Part shown: positions 1 to 9,866 of the stretch, one piece after another | Layout: the number at the start of each line of letters is the position of its first letter | Numbering within the stretch: the stretch's first letter is position 1 | Origin: an uncultured Acidobacteriota bacterium | Lineage (GTDB): Bacteria > Acidobacteriota > Terriglobia > Acidiferrales > UBA7541 | Direction of reading: 5' to 3' | DNA: 64,000 nt | Assembly: GCA_963845465.1 (NCBI GenBank) | Contig: CAWJSH010000009.1 | Span: 270,196-334,195 of the forward strand | Notes under the pieces: model-generated | The model's input: the letters and a program-made list of their open reading frames with translations, nothing else | What the model was told of the DNA's origin: nothing | Database searches by the model: none | Position numbers and translations under genes: made by a program

Positions 1-1698
1 CGCCGTGTACACGTCGCGATCCCAAATCGCGATGTCCGCATCTTTCCCGAGCTCGATCGATCCCACGGTGCCGTCCAAGAATAGTTGGTGCGCCGCCCAC
101 TCCGTGTACGAGCGAAGCGCAACGCGCGCATCGACCGACTCCGCCGTCCCAAACGGATGCGCTCCATACACGCCCTTCAAAGTTTCCCGCGCCACCGATG
201 CCCAAATCCCGTATCGCGCCGCAAACGGCGTCACAAAATAATCCGACCCGCCGCCCCACACGATCCCCCGCGTCAGCATCGTCTTCAACGGAATCAATCG
301 CGCCGCCCGCTGCGGACCAAACGTCCCGGCGTACGTGTCGCCGAGCCACCACATGAACGGCGCTTGCAACTCGGGATATCCCGCGTCGTATTGCTTCTGC
401 AGCGCCGCCATCGTGTCCAGCGCATGATCCGTCGGAATGTTCGAATGAATGATGCTGTGGCGCAGCCCGTGCGTCGGAGTCTCTTTCAGCACTTCAGCAT
501 ACGTATCGACCACCATATCGATCGCGCGATCGCCGACAGCATGCGTGCCTACGTGAATTCCCGCCTGGTGATACATGCGCACCAATTGTTTGTACGTATC
601 CACATCCATCGCCGGATAGCCCTTGTTGCCTTTATCGATCTCCGTCGATTTCACGTGCCAATCGTCGTAGAGCCACGCGGTGCGCCCGCCGCCGCTGCCA
701 TCCATGTAAAGTTTCCCGCCGCCCGAGAGCAGCAGGCCATCGCCGAGCGAGCGCGGCGGCAGCGGCAGCGCCTTGATGCGTGCCAGCGTCGCGCGACCCG
801 AGTCCATCGTCGTCCCGACGTCCCACAGCGTAAACACGCGCACTTTCAACTTGTTTTCGTCGAGCACGCGCTTGTACGCGTCCCAGGTGTGTGGCTGGAT
901 GTCGCCTTCCTTGATCGCGGTCATCCCCTCTGCGTGCAGCTCGTCGATGATGCGCAAAATCGCCGCATGCTCCTGTTCGGGCGTCACCGGGGGAATGAGA
1001 TTCGTGACCGCGAGCATCGCGTCCTCTTTGAGCACGCCGGTCGGTTTGCCTTCAGGGTCGCGATCGATCGTTCCTGCTTTTGGATTTTTTGTCGCGCGCG
1101 AAATGTGCGCGAGCTTCAGCGCCACGCTGTTCGCCACGCCGTAGTGTCCCGTCGTGTGCTGCAGCCAGACCGGATTTTTGGGAGTGACCTTATCCAGATC
1201 GGCCGCATGTACATAGCGCAGTTCAGCGAGCTTGCTTTCGTCCCAGCCGGTGCCTTGAATCCACTCGCCGGGTTTCGCCGTTTTTACGCGCTCCGCGATC
1301 TTTTGCACGACGTCCGCGATGCTCGTCGCGTCGCGCAGATTCACGTCGTTGAGCTCTTCGATCCCGCCATCGGCGAAATGCCCATGGCTGTCGATCAATC
1401 CGGGCGTGGCCGTTCGCCCGTGAAGATCGATGACCTTCGTGTTCGGGCCGATGTGCGTGCGAATTTCGGCGTTCGATCCGATGGCGAGAAATCTTCCGTC
1501 GAACCCGATGGCCACCGCTTCCACGACGGAGTCGTGCGGATCGACGGTCAATATCTTGCCGTCGACCAAAACGAGTTCAGCCGCCGGAACAGGCGCCGCA
1601 CCGTGCGCCGCAATCTTTTGCGGACGCTTCAGCGTCGCCATCCAAATGAGCGCACCGACAAAGATTGCCGCCAAGACAAAAAAGGAGAAGCCCTTCAC
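1..1698 (-). CDS. Amidohydrolase family 3 (YtcJ-like), with N-terminal signal/anchor; 3' end runs off the window
   Basis: Manual minus-strand translation gives VKGFSFFVLAAIFVGALIW..., GRTATPGLIDSHGHF (HxH metal motif), IDRDPEGKPTGVLKE, THAVGDRAID, GSIELGKDADIAIWD. It is missing from the ORF track because there is no stop in the window. Confidence 0.9.
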   Translation of the reverse strand, partial: MKGFSFFVLAAIFVGALIWMATLKRPQKIAAHGAAPVPAAELVLVDGKILTVDPHDSVVEAVAIGFDGRFLAIGSNAEIRTHIGPNTKVIDLHGRTATPGLIDSHGHFADGGIEELNDVNLRDATSIADVVQKIAERVKTAKPGEWIQGTGWDESKLAELRYVHAADLDKVTPKNPVWLQHTTGHYGVANSVALKLAHISRATKNPKAGTIDRDPEGKPTGVLKEDAMLAVTNLIPPVTPEQEHAAILRIIDELHAEGMTAIKEGDIQPHTWDAYKRVLDENKLKVRVFTLWDVGTTMDSGRATLARIKALPLPPRSLGDGLLLSGGGKLYMDGSGGGRTAWLYDDWHVKSTEIDKGNKGYPAMDVDTYKQLVRMYHQAGIHVGTHAVGDRAIDMVVDTYAEVLKETPTHGLRHSIIHSNIPTDHALDTMAALQKQYDAGYPELQAPFMWWLGDTYAGTFGPQRAARLIPLKTMLTRGIVWGGGSDYFVTPFAARYGIWASVARETLKGVYGAHPFGTAESVDARVALRSYTEWAAHQLFLDGTVGSIELGKDADIAIWDRDVYTA

Positions 1699-1829
1699 CC
1701 GTCACACCTAGCCTGGTTTCAATCGGAGAGGACCCGATTGGCCGGGTAAGTATTCCAGTCTGGCGCGCGAAAATCCAGCGGACTGTAGAGCGAAACGCTC
1801 GGGCTTCTTGCATCAAGTGATGCGGCGGA

Positions 1830-2411
1830 TTATTTCGGGGCGAGTTCGTCGCGGCCCACACCGAGAGCATCGGCGACTCGGTTGATGTAGTTGAACCACG
1901 AGGCAATCAGCGTGATTTGCAAAATGCCGCGGTCATCGAATCCGACGGCTCGCAACGCCTCATGATCTTTCGGCGAACATTTCGTCGCGTCTTTGGTCAG
2001 CTTCACGACGTAGTCGAGCATCACGCGTTCCTGCTCGGTGATAGGAGCGGTGCGGTAATCCTCACGCAGCGCCGCAATCAGTCCATCATCCAACGTCACC
2101 CTACGCAGAAACTCTGCGTGTGATTCGATTCAATAGTGGCACTTGTTTGTGACCGACACCATCGTGGCGATCATCTCGTGCTGACGGCGTTGCAGCGGCA
2201 AATCGGGCGCCATCATCGCGCCGAACGCGCTGAAGGAATGAAACATCGCGTCAGGAATCAGCGAGTGTGAAGCCGTAATGCTCTCTTTCGGCCCGCGATC
2301 GACGGCCGGCACCGGCGTGGAGTATTCCGGCGGATAAAAAGCGCGTTGATCCATCATCGCTTTCTTCACGCGGTCGTCTTCGTCCATGCCGATCGTTTTG
2401 ATCCAGGTCAT
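1830..2411 (-). CDS. AhpD/carboxymuconolactone decarboxylase-like peroxidase-related protein, probable selenoprotein (TGA at 2130-2132 read as Sec)
   Basis: ORFs 2130-2462 and 1830-2099 are in the same frame, joined as ...[21 protein letters not shown].... ATG at 2411 has GGAGG upstream. AhpD-like motifs [12 protein letters not shown] and [13 protein letters not shown] are present. A hairpin follows the TGA. Confidence 0.85.
2096..2123 (-). promoter_or_regulatory. Putative bacterial SECIS element
   Basis: The minus strand after the TGA reads ATCGAA TCAC ACGCAGA GTT TCTGCGT AGG GTGA: a 7-bp perfect upper stem, a G-leading loop about 17 nt after UGA, and a TCAC/GTGA lower stem. Confidence 0.75.
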
Positions 2412-2608
2412 TGCGCCTCCGCGTGTAGCCCAGACACTCGTGTCTGGCTTTTCTCTTCGCACTTCGTAGCGATTTCAATTCTGCCATCAGCCGCCGCGCC
2501 GAAAAAGTCTGCGTAAAATATCAGCGGCCGGATGGGTGTGCATCCGGCCGCAAGTTGTTTGGGGTGCTTCCGGGGGTGTCGTTCCTGGAAGCAATGTCAG
2601 TTGAACCC

Positions 2609-2637
2609 TTTATAAAGAAAGCCCAAATTGATGACAA
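2609..2637 (-). promoter_or_regulatory. sigma70-type promoter upstream of the AhpD-like gene
   Basis: TTGTCA-17 nt-TATAAA on the minus strand, in an AT-rich patch. Confidence 0.55.
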
Positions 2638-2666
2638 TAATGTAAAAGAATTACTTCAGCGATTTC

Positions 2667-4425
2667 TTATCGATCCTCTTTAAGTCCTTTATCCTCTGTG
2701 CATTGCAGGCGCTTTCCAGCTTCGACCGATTTGAACTCCTGCGTCTGCCCGCTCGGCCAATTCACGACGACGCGATCGACTTTGTCTCTTTTGCCGACGC
2801 CGAAGGTCAGCGGCAGCTCCGATTGCGACAAATAGCTCGAGCCGCCGCGCACGACGCGCGATTGCGTGACGCCTTCAGTCGTGACGTGTACGGTCGCGCC
2901 GACCGCGTCGCGATTCGATTTCGTTCCGATCAAGCGCAGACGCAGGCTGCGATTTCCGTTTGTGAGGTCGTTGCGATACAGATACGCGGGGCCGTGATTC
3001 GTCGTCAGCAGAAGATCGGCGTCGCCGTCGTTGTCGAAATCTCCGTAGGCGAGGCCACGCCCTACTTTTGGCATGTCAAAACCGCCGCCGACTTCGCTCG
3101 CGACGTCGTGAAATTTTCCGTTGCCGCTGTTGAGAAATAATTGCGGCGCCTGCGCGTAGCCGACGTTGCCGCGAATGTTGCGCACGGTTTCGTCGATGTG
3201 GCCGTTGGCGACGACCAGATCGAGCAGGCCGTCGAGATCGGCATCAACGAAGGTGCATCCGAAGCCGAGCGAATTGCGCGATGGGATGCCGACACCCGAT
3301 GCGGTTGCGATGTCGTCGTAAACGCCCGTCCGCGACGCACGGTAAAGGCCGATCATCTCGTTGTCGAAATTTGTGATCGCGATTCCGGCGCGGCCGGAAT
3401 TTTCGAAGTCGCCGACATCGACGCCCATACCGGCGCGCGCCTTGCCGTCGGCGCTGAAGGCGAGGCCGGCTTCCACCGCGACATCCTTGAATTTTCCGTT
3501 GCCGAGATTGCGATAGAGCTTATTTGGCTGCGTGTCGTTCGCGACGAGCAGATCGGGCCAGCCGTCGTTGTCGAAATCAAGCATGGCCACGCCGAGCGAT
3601 TTCGAGCTGCTGTCGAAAATTCCGCTGCTCGCGGTGACGTCTTCGAAGGTGCCGTCGCCTTTGTTATGAAAGAGCCAGCTTGTGTCGCCGCGATACGCTT
3701 CGGGCGTGCAATAGGATTTGTGCGTCGCGTCGAGGCTGCAGAAAACGTCGTGCTCGGGCGACCAGCGCACGTAGTTGCAGACGAAAAGATCGAGCAGGCC
3801 GTCGCGATCGTAGTCGAACCAGATCGCGGACGTGCTGAAGGCCGAGCGGCCGGCGAGCCCAGCGGCTTTTGTGACATCGACGAACGTGCCTTTGCCGGTG
3901 TTGCGGAAGAGGCGATTCTGGCCGACGCAAGTGATCAGCAGATCGGGGAAGCCGTCGTTGTTGTAGTCGCCGACGGCGACGCCCATGCCGTACATTTCGA
4001 TGTCGAGTCCGGCGCTCTTCGTCACGTCGGTGAATGTGCCGTTGCGATTGTTGTGATAGAGGCGCAGCGTGGTGCGCTGTTGCTTGTGGCCCGGCCAGTC
4101 CATCGCGTTGACGAGCAGGATGTCTTGCCAGCCGTCGGCGTCGTAATCGAGAAAAGCGCAGCCTGAGCCGAGCGTTTCGGGAAGGAGTTTGCCGCCGTAG
4201 GCGCCGCTGTTGTGTTGGAAATGAATGCCGGCTTGCGCGGTGACATCGACGAGCTGAAACCCCGGCCCGCTTTGGAGTGCGGCGCTCCCGCGCCGCTTTT
4301 CACCAGCGAGCCCAACTTCAAACGCATCCGCCGAATCATGCCGAGCTCGGCCGCCGGATCAGACTCCCTGCGAAGTCCAAGCAGCCGGTACCGGCCGCTC
4401 CGCTTAAAAAATCCCGCCGCTTCAC
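2667..4425 (-). CDS. CRTAC1-family / ASPIC-UnbV protein 1 (FG-GAP-like repeats), Tat-like signal, one frameshift near 4360
   Basis: Repeated DYDxDGxxD motifs and C-terminal GGSSYLSQSELPLTFGVG. GTG at 4425 starts MKRRDFLSGAAG in a neighbouring frame and overlaps the response regulator stop (GTGA). Confidence 0.85.
4274..4300. repeat. REP-like family A (GGAGTGCGGCGC-N4-GCGCCGCTTT); other copies at 6471-6498, 15659-15685 (reverse), 32039-32065, 37667-37693
   Basis: Five near-identical 27-bp palindromic copies read directly. Confidence 0.9.
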
Positions 4426-5051
4426 GGCAAAGTGACCAGACCGTTGCGAATCGCGTAGACGACGAGCTCCGCCGTCTTGTGGATGCCGAGCGCATCCATG
4501 ATATTCGCGCGATGCACCGCGACGGTGTTCGCGCTCAGGCCGAGGTCGGCCGCGATTTCCTTGTTCGATTTTCCCCCGACGATGTGTTGCAAAATTTCGA
4601 GTTCGCGCGCGGTCAGTCCCGATTCGCGCTCGCCTTTCAACGCTTCGGGCTTGACGAGTTGCGGATCGAGAACGGTTTTGCCTTCCGCGACGCCTTTCAC
4701 GGCATTTAACAAATCGAGATCCATCGCGTTTTTTAAAATGTACCCGCGCGCGCCCGCTTCGAGCGCCTGGCGGATCAGCGTATCTTCGGAGTGCATGCTC
4801 AACATCAAAATCGCCGCGTCGGCCCACTTCGCGCGTATCTGGCGCGAAGCCTCGATGCCGCTGATGCCGGGGAGCGCGCAATCCATAACGGTGACGCGCG
4901 GCTTGAGCTGCAGCGCCAGCTTCACCGCGTCGTTGCCGTCGTTCGCTTCGCCGACGACGGTGATCGCGGGATCGTCTTCGAGCATCCGCCGAAATCCTTT
5001 GCGCACCAGCGAGTGATCGTCCACCAGCAAAACCGTGATTTTATCCGCCAT
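4422..5051 (-). CDS. NarL/LuxR-family response regulator
   Basis: Receiver domain (VLLVDDH, VTVMDCALPGISG) plus LuxR HTH (LTARELEILQHIVGGKSNKEIA). Confidence 0.95.
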   Translation of the reverse strand: MADKITVLLVDDHSLVRKGFRRMLEDDPAITVVGEANDGNDAVKLALQLKPRVTVMDCALPGISGIEASRQIRAKWADAAILMLSMHSEDTLIRQALEAGARGYILKNAMDLDLLNAVKGVAEGKTVLDPQLVKPEALKGERESGLTARELEILQHIVGGKSNKEIAADLGLSANTVAVHRANIMDALGIHKTAELVVYAIRNGLVTLP

Positions 5052-6407
5052 GCGCTGCCTCTGCCCGCTCCCGTGGCACTGTCAATCGCACCAGCGTTCC
5101 CCCTTCGTCCGGCTTCAGTAATTCCAGTGTGCCGCCGATCAACTCCGCGCGTTCTCGCATGCCGACAAGCCCGATTCCTTGTGATGAACGTTGTGACATT
5201 TGTCCCGAGCCGTTCGTCGAAAATCCTTTGCCGTGATCTTCGACGTCGAGGCCGAGGTCGTCGCCCGAAAATTTCAGCCGCACCCAAGCTTCGCGCTCAC
5301 CGGAATGGCGGCTGACATTATTCAACGCTTCCTGCAGCACCCGATAGATCTGAACGCCCGCGACCGTCTCGACCGGAAACGTCGCAGCCCGACTTTTCAT
5401 AATGCAACGAAAGTCCCATTTGATGCGAGGCCGTGGGAATGTACCAGTCGAGCGTGCTTTCGAGGCCTTGCTCCTCGAGCAGCACGGGATGCAGCGCTTG
5501 CGAGAGGCCGCGAATGTTGTTCAGTGTCGATTGCGCGATTTCGCGCACTTCTTGCAAGTCTGCGCGAAGCGGTGAGCCTTCGGGGGCTTGCTTTCCAAGG
5601 CGGCCCAGCAGGGAACCGATCGCCGTGAGCACCTGGCCGAATTCGTCGTGCAGTTCGCGCGAGATATGACGCAGCGTCGATTCCTGCGTCGAAATCAGTT
5701 TTTGCGCCAGCTCGCTGCGTTGCTCAGAAAGCGCCGCGAGCCGCGCGAAGATTTCGCGATTCGTGCGGATGAGATAAAGACTGGTGAGCACGATCGCGAC
5801 GAGCGTCGCGGCGAAGAAGAGATACACATTTCGCTGAACGCGCGTGTAGATCTCGCCGATCTGCGCTGCGGCGCGCTGCTCGCCTTCGTTATTTTCGACG
5901 AGTAAGCGCGAAACAGCGGTGCTGAGCGCCGCTTGTCGCGCTTGTAGCGACAGGCGAATCTGCTCTTTCGCTTCGGCTTCTTTTCCGTTGCTTGCGAGCG
6001 CGAACATCCGGTCCATCGCGTCCCAGAATTGGGTCAATTGATGACGCAAGATAATCGCGCTGTTCCTCGGTGCGCTGCGCCGATGCGTTTTGTTCTTCGA
6101 GAGTGAGCGCCGCGTCGATGTCTCCGCGCAGCCGCTCAAATTGCGCTGCCCATGCGCTCATCGGATACGGCTCGCTCGAATCGAGCATGTCGCGCATCGC
6201 CAGCGCCACGGAATTCAGATCGTTTTGCAACCGCAGCAATTCCAGCGAGTCGCGCCGATTGCGATCGACCATCTCGCTCTGCAATTTGCGCAGCCCGGAA
6301 ATCTGCACCGTGATGTACGCCGAATACGCCACGACGGCGGCAAGTGTAATGATCAGTCCAAAGAGAAGCGCCCGCGTCGGCGACCGTTGCTCCTCCGCTC
6401 GCCGCAT
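5041..6407 (-). CDS. Membrane sensor histidine kinase (HisKA_3), two frameshifts (~6040, ~5395)
   Basis: Two TM segments, H-box ISRELHDEFGQVLT, N-box YRVLQEALNNV and G-boxes DHGKGF / GIGLVGMRERA, spread over three consecutive ORF fragments. Confidence 0.88.
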
Positions 6408-6616
6408 CCCACGCTGGCTTGTAGCCGCTTTCAGCACGCCGAAAGAATACCCCAGAGCGCCAATCGATATGGAGTGCGGCGCTCCCGCGCCGCTTTTTGA
6501 GGCGTAAGCCACCTAGGCAACGTTCGCCCTCGATGGCCGCACGGCTCTTGCGGCGGCGACTTTACGTCGCATCGAGCCACCAGCTCCATCGTCCCGCTGC
6601 TCGCGAATCCGCACTC

Positions 6617-7813
6617 TCACAACATCTGCAAGCCGCGTTTGCGCAAAACCGTAACAAAAATCGCCATCGCGAGAATTCCCGCGAGCGGCACGAGAAACCC
6701 AATCGGCAAGCTGTTTGTTTTCGTCGAAACAAATCCCACCAGCCAAGGCAACGCCGAACCTCCCAGCGACGCCATTGAGAAAACAACTCCACCGAGGCGC
6801 CGTGCCGCCGGTCCGTACCACTGCGAAAACCAGGAAATATAGATCGGATAGATCGTGGCGCATCCCAGGCCCGCAATCGTGAAACCCGCGATCGCCACCT
6901 GCGTGCTGTGCGCCGACGATGATGATCGCGATGCCGAGAATCGACAGCGAAAACGCAGCGATGATGAAGCGCAGAGACCCAATGCGCGGCAGCAACAACG
7001 ACGCAAGTCCGCGCCCGACCATCAAACCGGCGTAGAAAAACAGTGGACTCATCGTCGTCAGCTCCGTTGCGTGTCCGGCGAGCCGCTTCGCGTGTTCTGC
7101 CGCCCATCCGCCAATGCCGGCTTCACTCCCGACGTACAGAAAAAATATCGCTGCAACGATCACGGTGATCCGGACCGGTGGAATGCCTGAGCGCGGCGGC
7201 GGAATTCGCCTGTGCTGCGTCGCCATCTTTGTGTCGTTCGGGAAGTTTCGCGAAGATGAAACTTACAGCCAACGCGATCGCCACGGCGGCGAGAATCCAC
7301 AAGAATAGCGTGAGTGAATGGTGCCGCAGCGAAACGCTAAGCAGAGGAGCGCATGCCACCGCGCCAATGCCCCAGGCAAAATTCAGCAGGCTCACGCCGC
7401 CTGCGCCGCCGGCTTCGGCTCCCGCCAAGTTTGTCGGCGGCACCACGAGGCCGTATCCCATTCCGTAAAACGCGACGGCGGCGAGCGCGATCCCATGCGT
7501 CGGCGCATTCAACATCGCGAGGCCGATTCCCGTCAACACGTATCCGATCACGAGTCCCGGCCGGTAGCCGCGCCATGCGGTTAGACCTGTCGTGATCCAA
7601 ACGGCGGCGAGCGACGCGGCGAACTGCACGGTGAAGAACAATCCCGCTTGCGAGTCGCGTCAGATTCCATCGCGAAATAAATGTGGGCAGGATCGGCCCC
7701 GCGATGATCGTCGGGAATCCCGTCAGAATAAATCCGGCAGAAAGCAGCGCGATCAGACCCACATGCTTGCGCTTTGTCTCTGTCGCTGAAATTGTCGCCG
7801 AGCGCGCCATCAC
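6617..7813 (-). CDS. MFS transporter (sugar permease-like), three frameshifts (~7660, ~7185, ~6915)
   Basis: Hydrophobic helices are split across ORFs 7337-7813, 7123-7641, 6513-7226 and 6617-7006; motifs FLYVGSEAGIGGW and GLGCATIYP. Confidence 0.8.
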
Positions 7814-7985
7814 TCTCCGAAAAATTCGTCGCTGATCGGTCGCTGCGTTTCTTCATCTTCGCTTGTCGCGAAGCGTTAGCGATGCATTCAATGAATCAGC
7901 TATTCATTTTGAGGCAGCAATTCATTCTGGGATAGAGCGCAATTCGCGGTTAGCGGCGGCAAGATCACCTCTATAATCTTTCGTC

Positions 7986-9033
7986 ATGATCAACGTCGGA
8001 CTCATAGGATTTGGTCTCGCCGGGCGCGCGTTTCACGCCCAAGTGATTTCTCGCGTGCCGGGCATGCGCCTCGCCGCGATTCTGCAGCGCACGGGCGACG
8101 AGGCAGCCAAAGCGTATCCCGATGCGAAAATCGTGCGCTCGCTCGACGAGCTTCTCGCGCTGCCGGATATTCGGCTCATCGTGATCGCGAGCCCGAATGA
8201 CACGCACGCTCCTTTCGCTCGCGCTGCGCTCGCTTCGGGCCACGATGTCGTCGTCGATAAACCGTTCACGACGTCGTACGCCGAAGCCGTCGATCTCGTG
8301 AACTTCGCCGAAAAGTCCGGGCGATTCTCTGACGGTGTATCAGAATCGCCGCTACGACGGCGATTTCCAGGCGATTCGTGAACTCGTCGCCGAAGGAACG
8401 CTCGGCCGCATCGTTCGCTTTCAGACCAACTACGATCGCTTTCGCCCGAATTTCAAACCGAACGCATGGCGCGAAAAACCGGCTCCAGGCGCCGGAATTC
8501 TTTTCGATATCGGGCCGCACCTGATCGATCACGCGATGGTGCTTTTTGGCAAACCCGAAGCCGTGACTGCCGACGTTCGCATCGAGCGTCAAGGCGGGCT
8601 CGTCGACGATGCGTTCGACATCCTGTTTCACTATCCCGAAAGCATGCGCGCCGTTCTCAGCTCCAGCATTCTCGCGGTGTCGCAGCGTCCTCGATTTCTG
8701 CTGTTCGGCACGAAAGGCTCGTTCGTGAAGCAGACGGTCGATCCACAGGAAAATAATCTGCGCTTCGACAAAATTCCCAAGAAAGGTCCCTGGGGCGCCG
8801 AGCCGGTCGAAAACTGGGGCATCCTCACGCTTTCGGACGGCACGAATTCCACGCAGCGCAGCATCCCCTCGGGCAACGGCGACTATCGCGATTTCTACGC
8901 GAACGTTCGCGATGTCCTCGAGGGCGACGCGAAGCCGTTCGTGAGCTTGCCGTACGCGCTCGACGTGATGCGCGCTCTCGAAGTCTGCCGCGCCAGCAGC
9001 GATCAGCAACGCACGCTGCCCTGGCCGACGTAA
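7986..9033 (+). CDS. Gfo/Idh/MocA oxidoreductase (YdgJ/IolW-like), frameshift ~8330
   Basis: INVGLIGFGLAG Rossmann motif, VVVDKPF, YQNRRYDGDF, GILFDIGPHLID. Confidence 0.92.
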
Positions 9034-9184
9034 TCGCCGCGAAATCATCGACCGCCGAGCGTTACGAAAATTTCACGGTAGCTGCGGCTGGCGCGCTCGC
9101 ATCGAAATCATCGACATCGCCGCTGACATTTTTGGCGGGGTGTCGGCGCTTCCGCGTATACTGGGCCTACAAACGAGGAGCATC

Positions 9185-9866
9185 GTGCAAATCGAACTGG
9201 CACCATCGATCCTTTCCGCGGATTTTTCCCGCCTCGGCGAGCAAGCGCGAGCCGCGATCGAAGGCGGCGGCACCGTGCTGCACGTGGACATCATGGACGG
9301 CCACTTCGTGCCGAATATCACGATCGGTCCGCCGGTTGTGGCGTCGCTGCGCAAAGCGGTTCCCGACATTCCGTTTGACTGCCACTTGATGATCGAAAAT
9401 CCCGACGAATTTATTCCTGCGTTCGCCGAAGCCGGCGCGACGTGGATGTCGGTGCATCAGGAAGTCTGCATGCATCTCGATCGCACTTTGCATTTGATCG
9501 AGTCGCATGGATGCAAGCCCGGAGTGGTGATCAATCCCGCGACTCCCGTTGCGATGCTGGATGAAGTGCTCGACATCGTGCATCACGTTCTGGTGATGTC
9601 GGTGAATCCGGGATTTGGCGCGCAACGATTTATTCCCAACGCGTCTGCGGAAGATTGAGTCGCTGGCGCGGATTCGCGAGAAGCGCGGGCTGTCGTATCG
9701 CATCGAGGTCGATGGCGGCGTCGATATGGTGACGGTCGGCGAAGTTGTGCGGGCCGGAGCGGATTTGCTCGTCGCGGGGAACGCGGTGTTTGGTCACGGC
9801 GATCCGAAGCAGAATGCGGCGGAGTTGTTGCGCGCGGCGCGGGCGAATACGTTGGCGCGGGCGTAG
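9185..9866 (+). CDS. rpe: Ribulose-phosphate 3-epimerase, frameshift ~9645
   Basis: APSILSADF, LHVDIMDGHFVPNIT, DCHLM, VMSVNPGFG, IEVDGG; GAGGAG RBS upstream of GTG 9185. Confidence 0.95.

Noticed and set aside
85-1749. 554-aa plus-strand ORF, and similar long ORFs at 3141-4166, 26427-28208, 28172-30052, 38394-40244, 39953-41572, 42674-44341, 49019-50356 and 54160-57027
   Set aside because: These are antisense shadows of real genes caused by GC-rich codon bias. They are Arg/Val/Ala-rich with no motifs, and the opposite strand encodes recognisable families.
2594-2683. AT-rich 29-codon plus-strand ORF (MSVEPFIKKAQ...)
   Set aside because: It has no clear SD and overlaps the CRTAC1 3' end. The AT-richness is explained by the minus-strand promoter at 2609-2637.
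4359-4361. Second in-frame TGA, upstream of the CRTAC1 body
   Set aside because: There is no Cys-type motif or SECIS-like hairpin. The Tat-like start is in another frame, so a frameshift explains it.
9615-9660. Programmed ribosomal frameshifting in rpe, zwf, gnd and pgi
   Set aside because: No slippery heptamers or stimulatory structures were seen, and the breaks are too numerous and scattered; sequencing indels are simpler.
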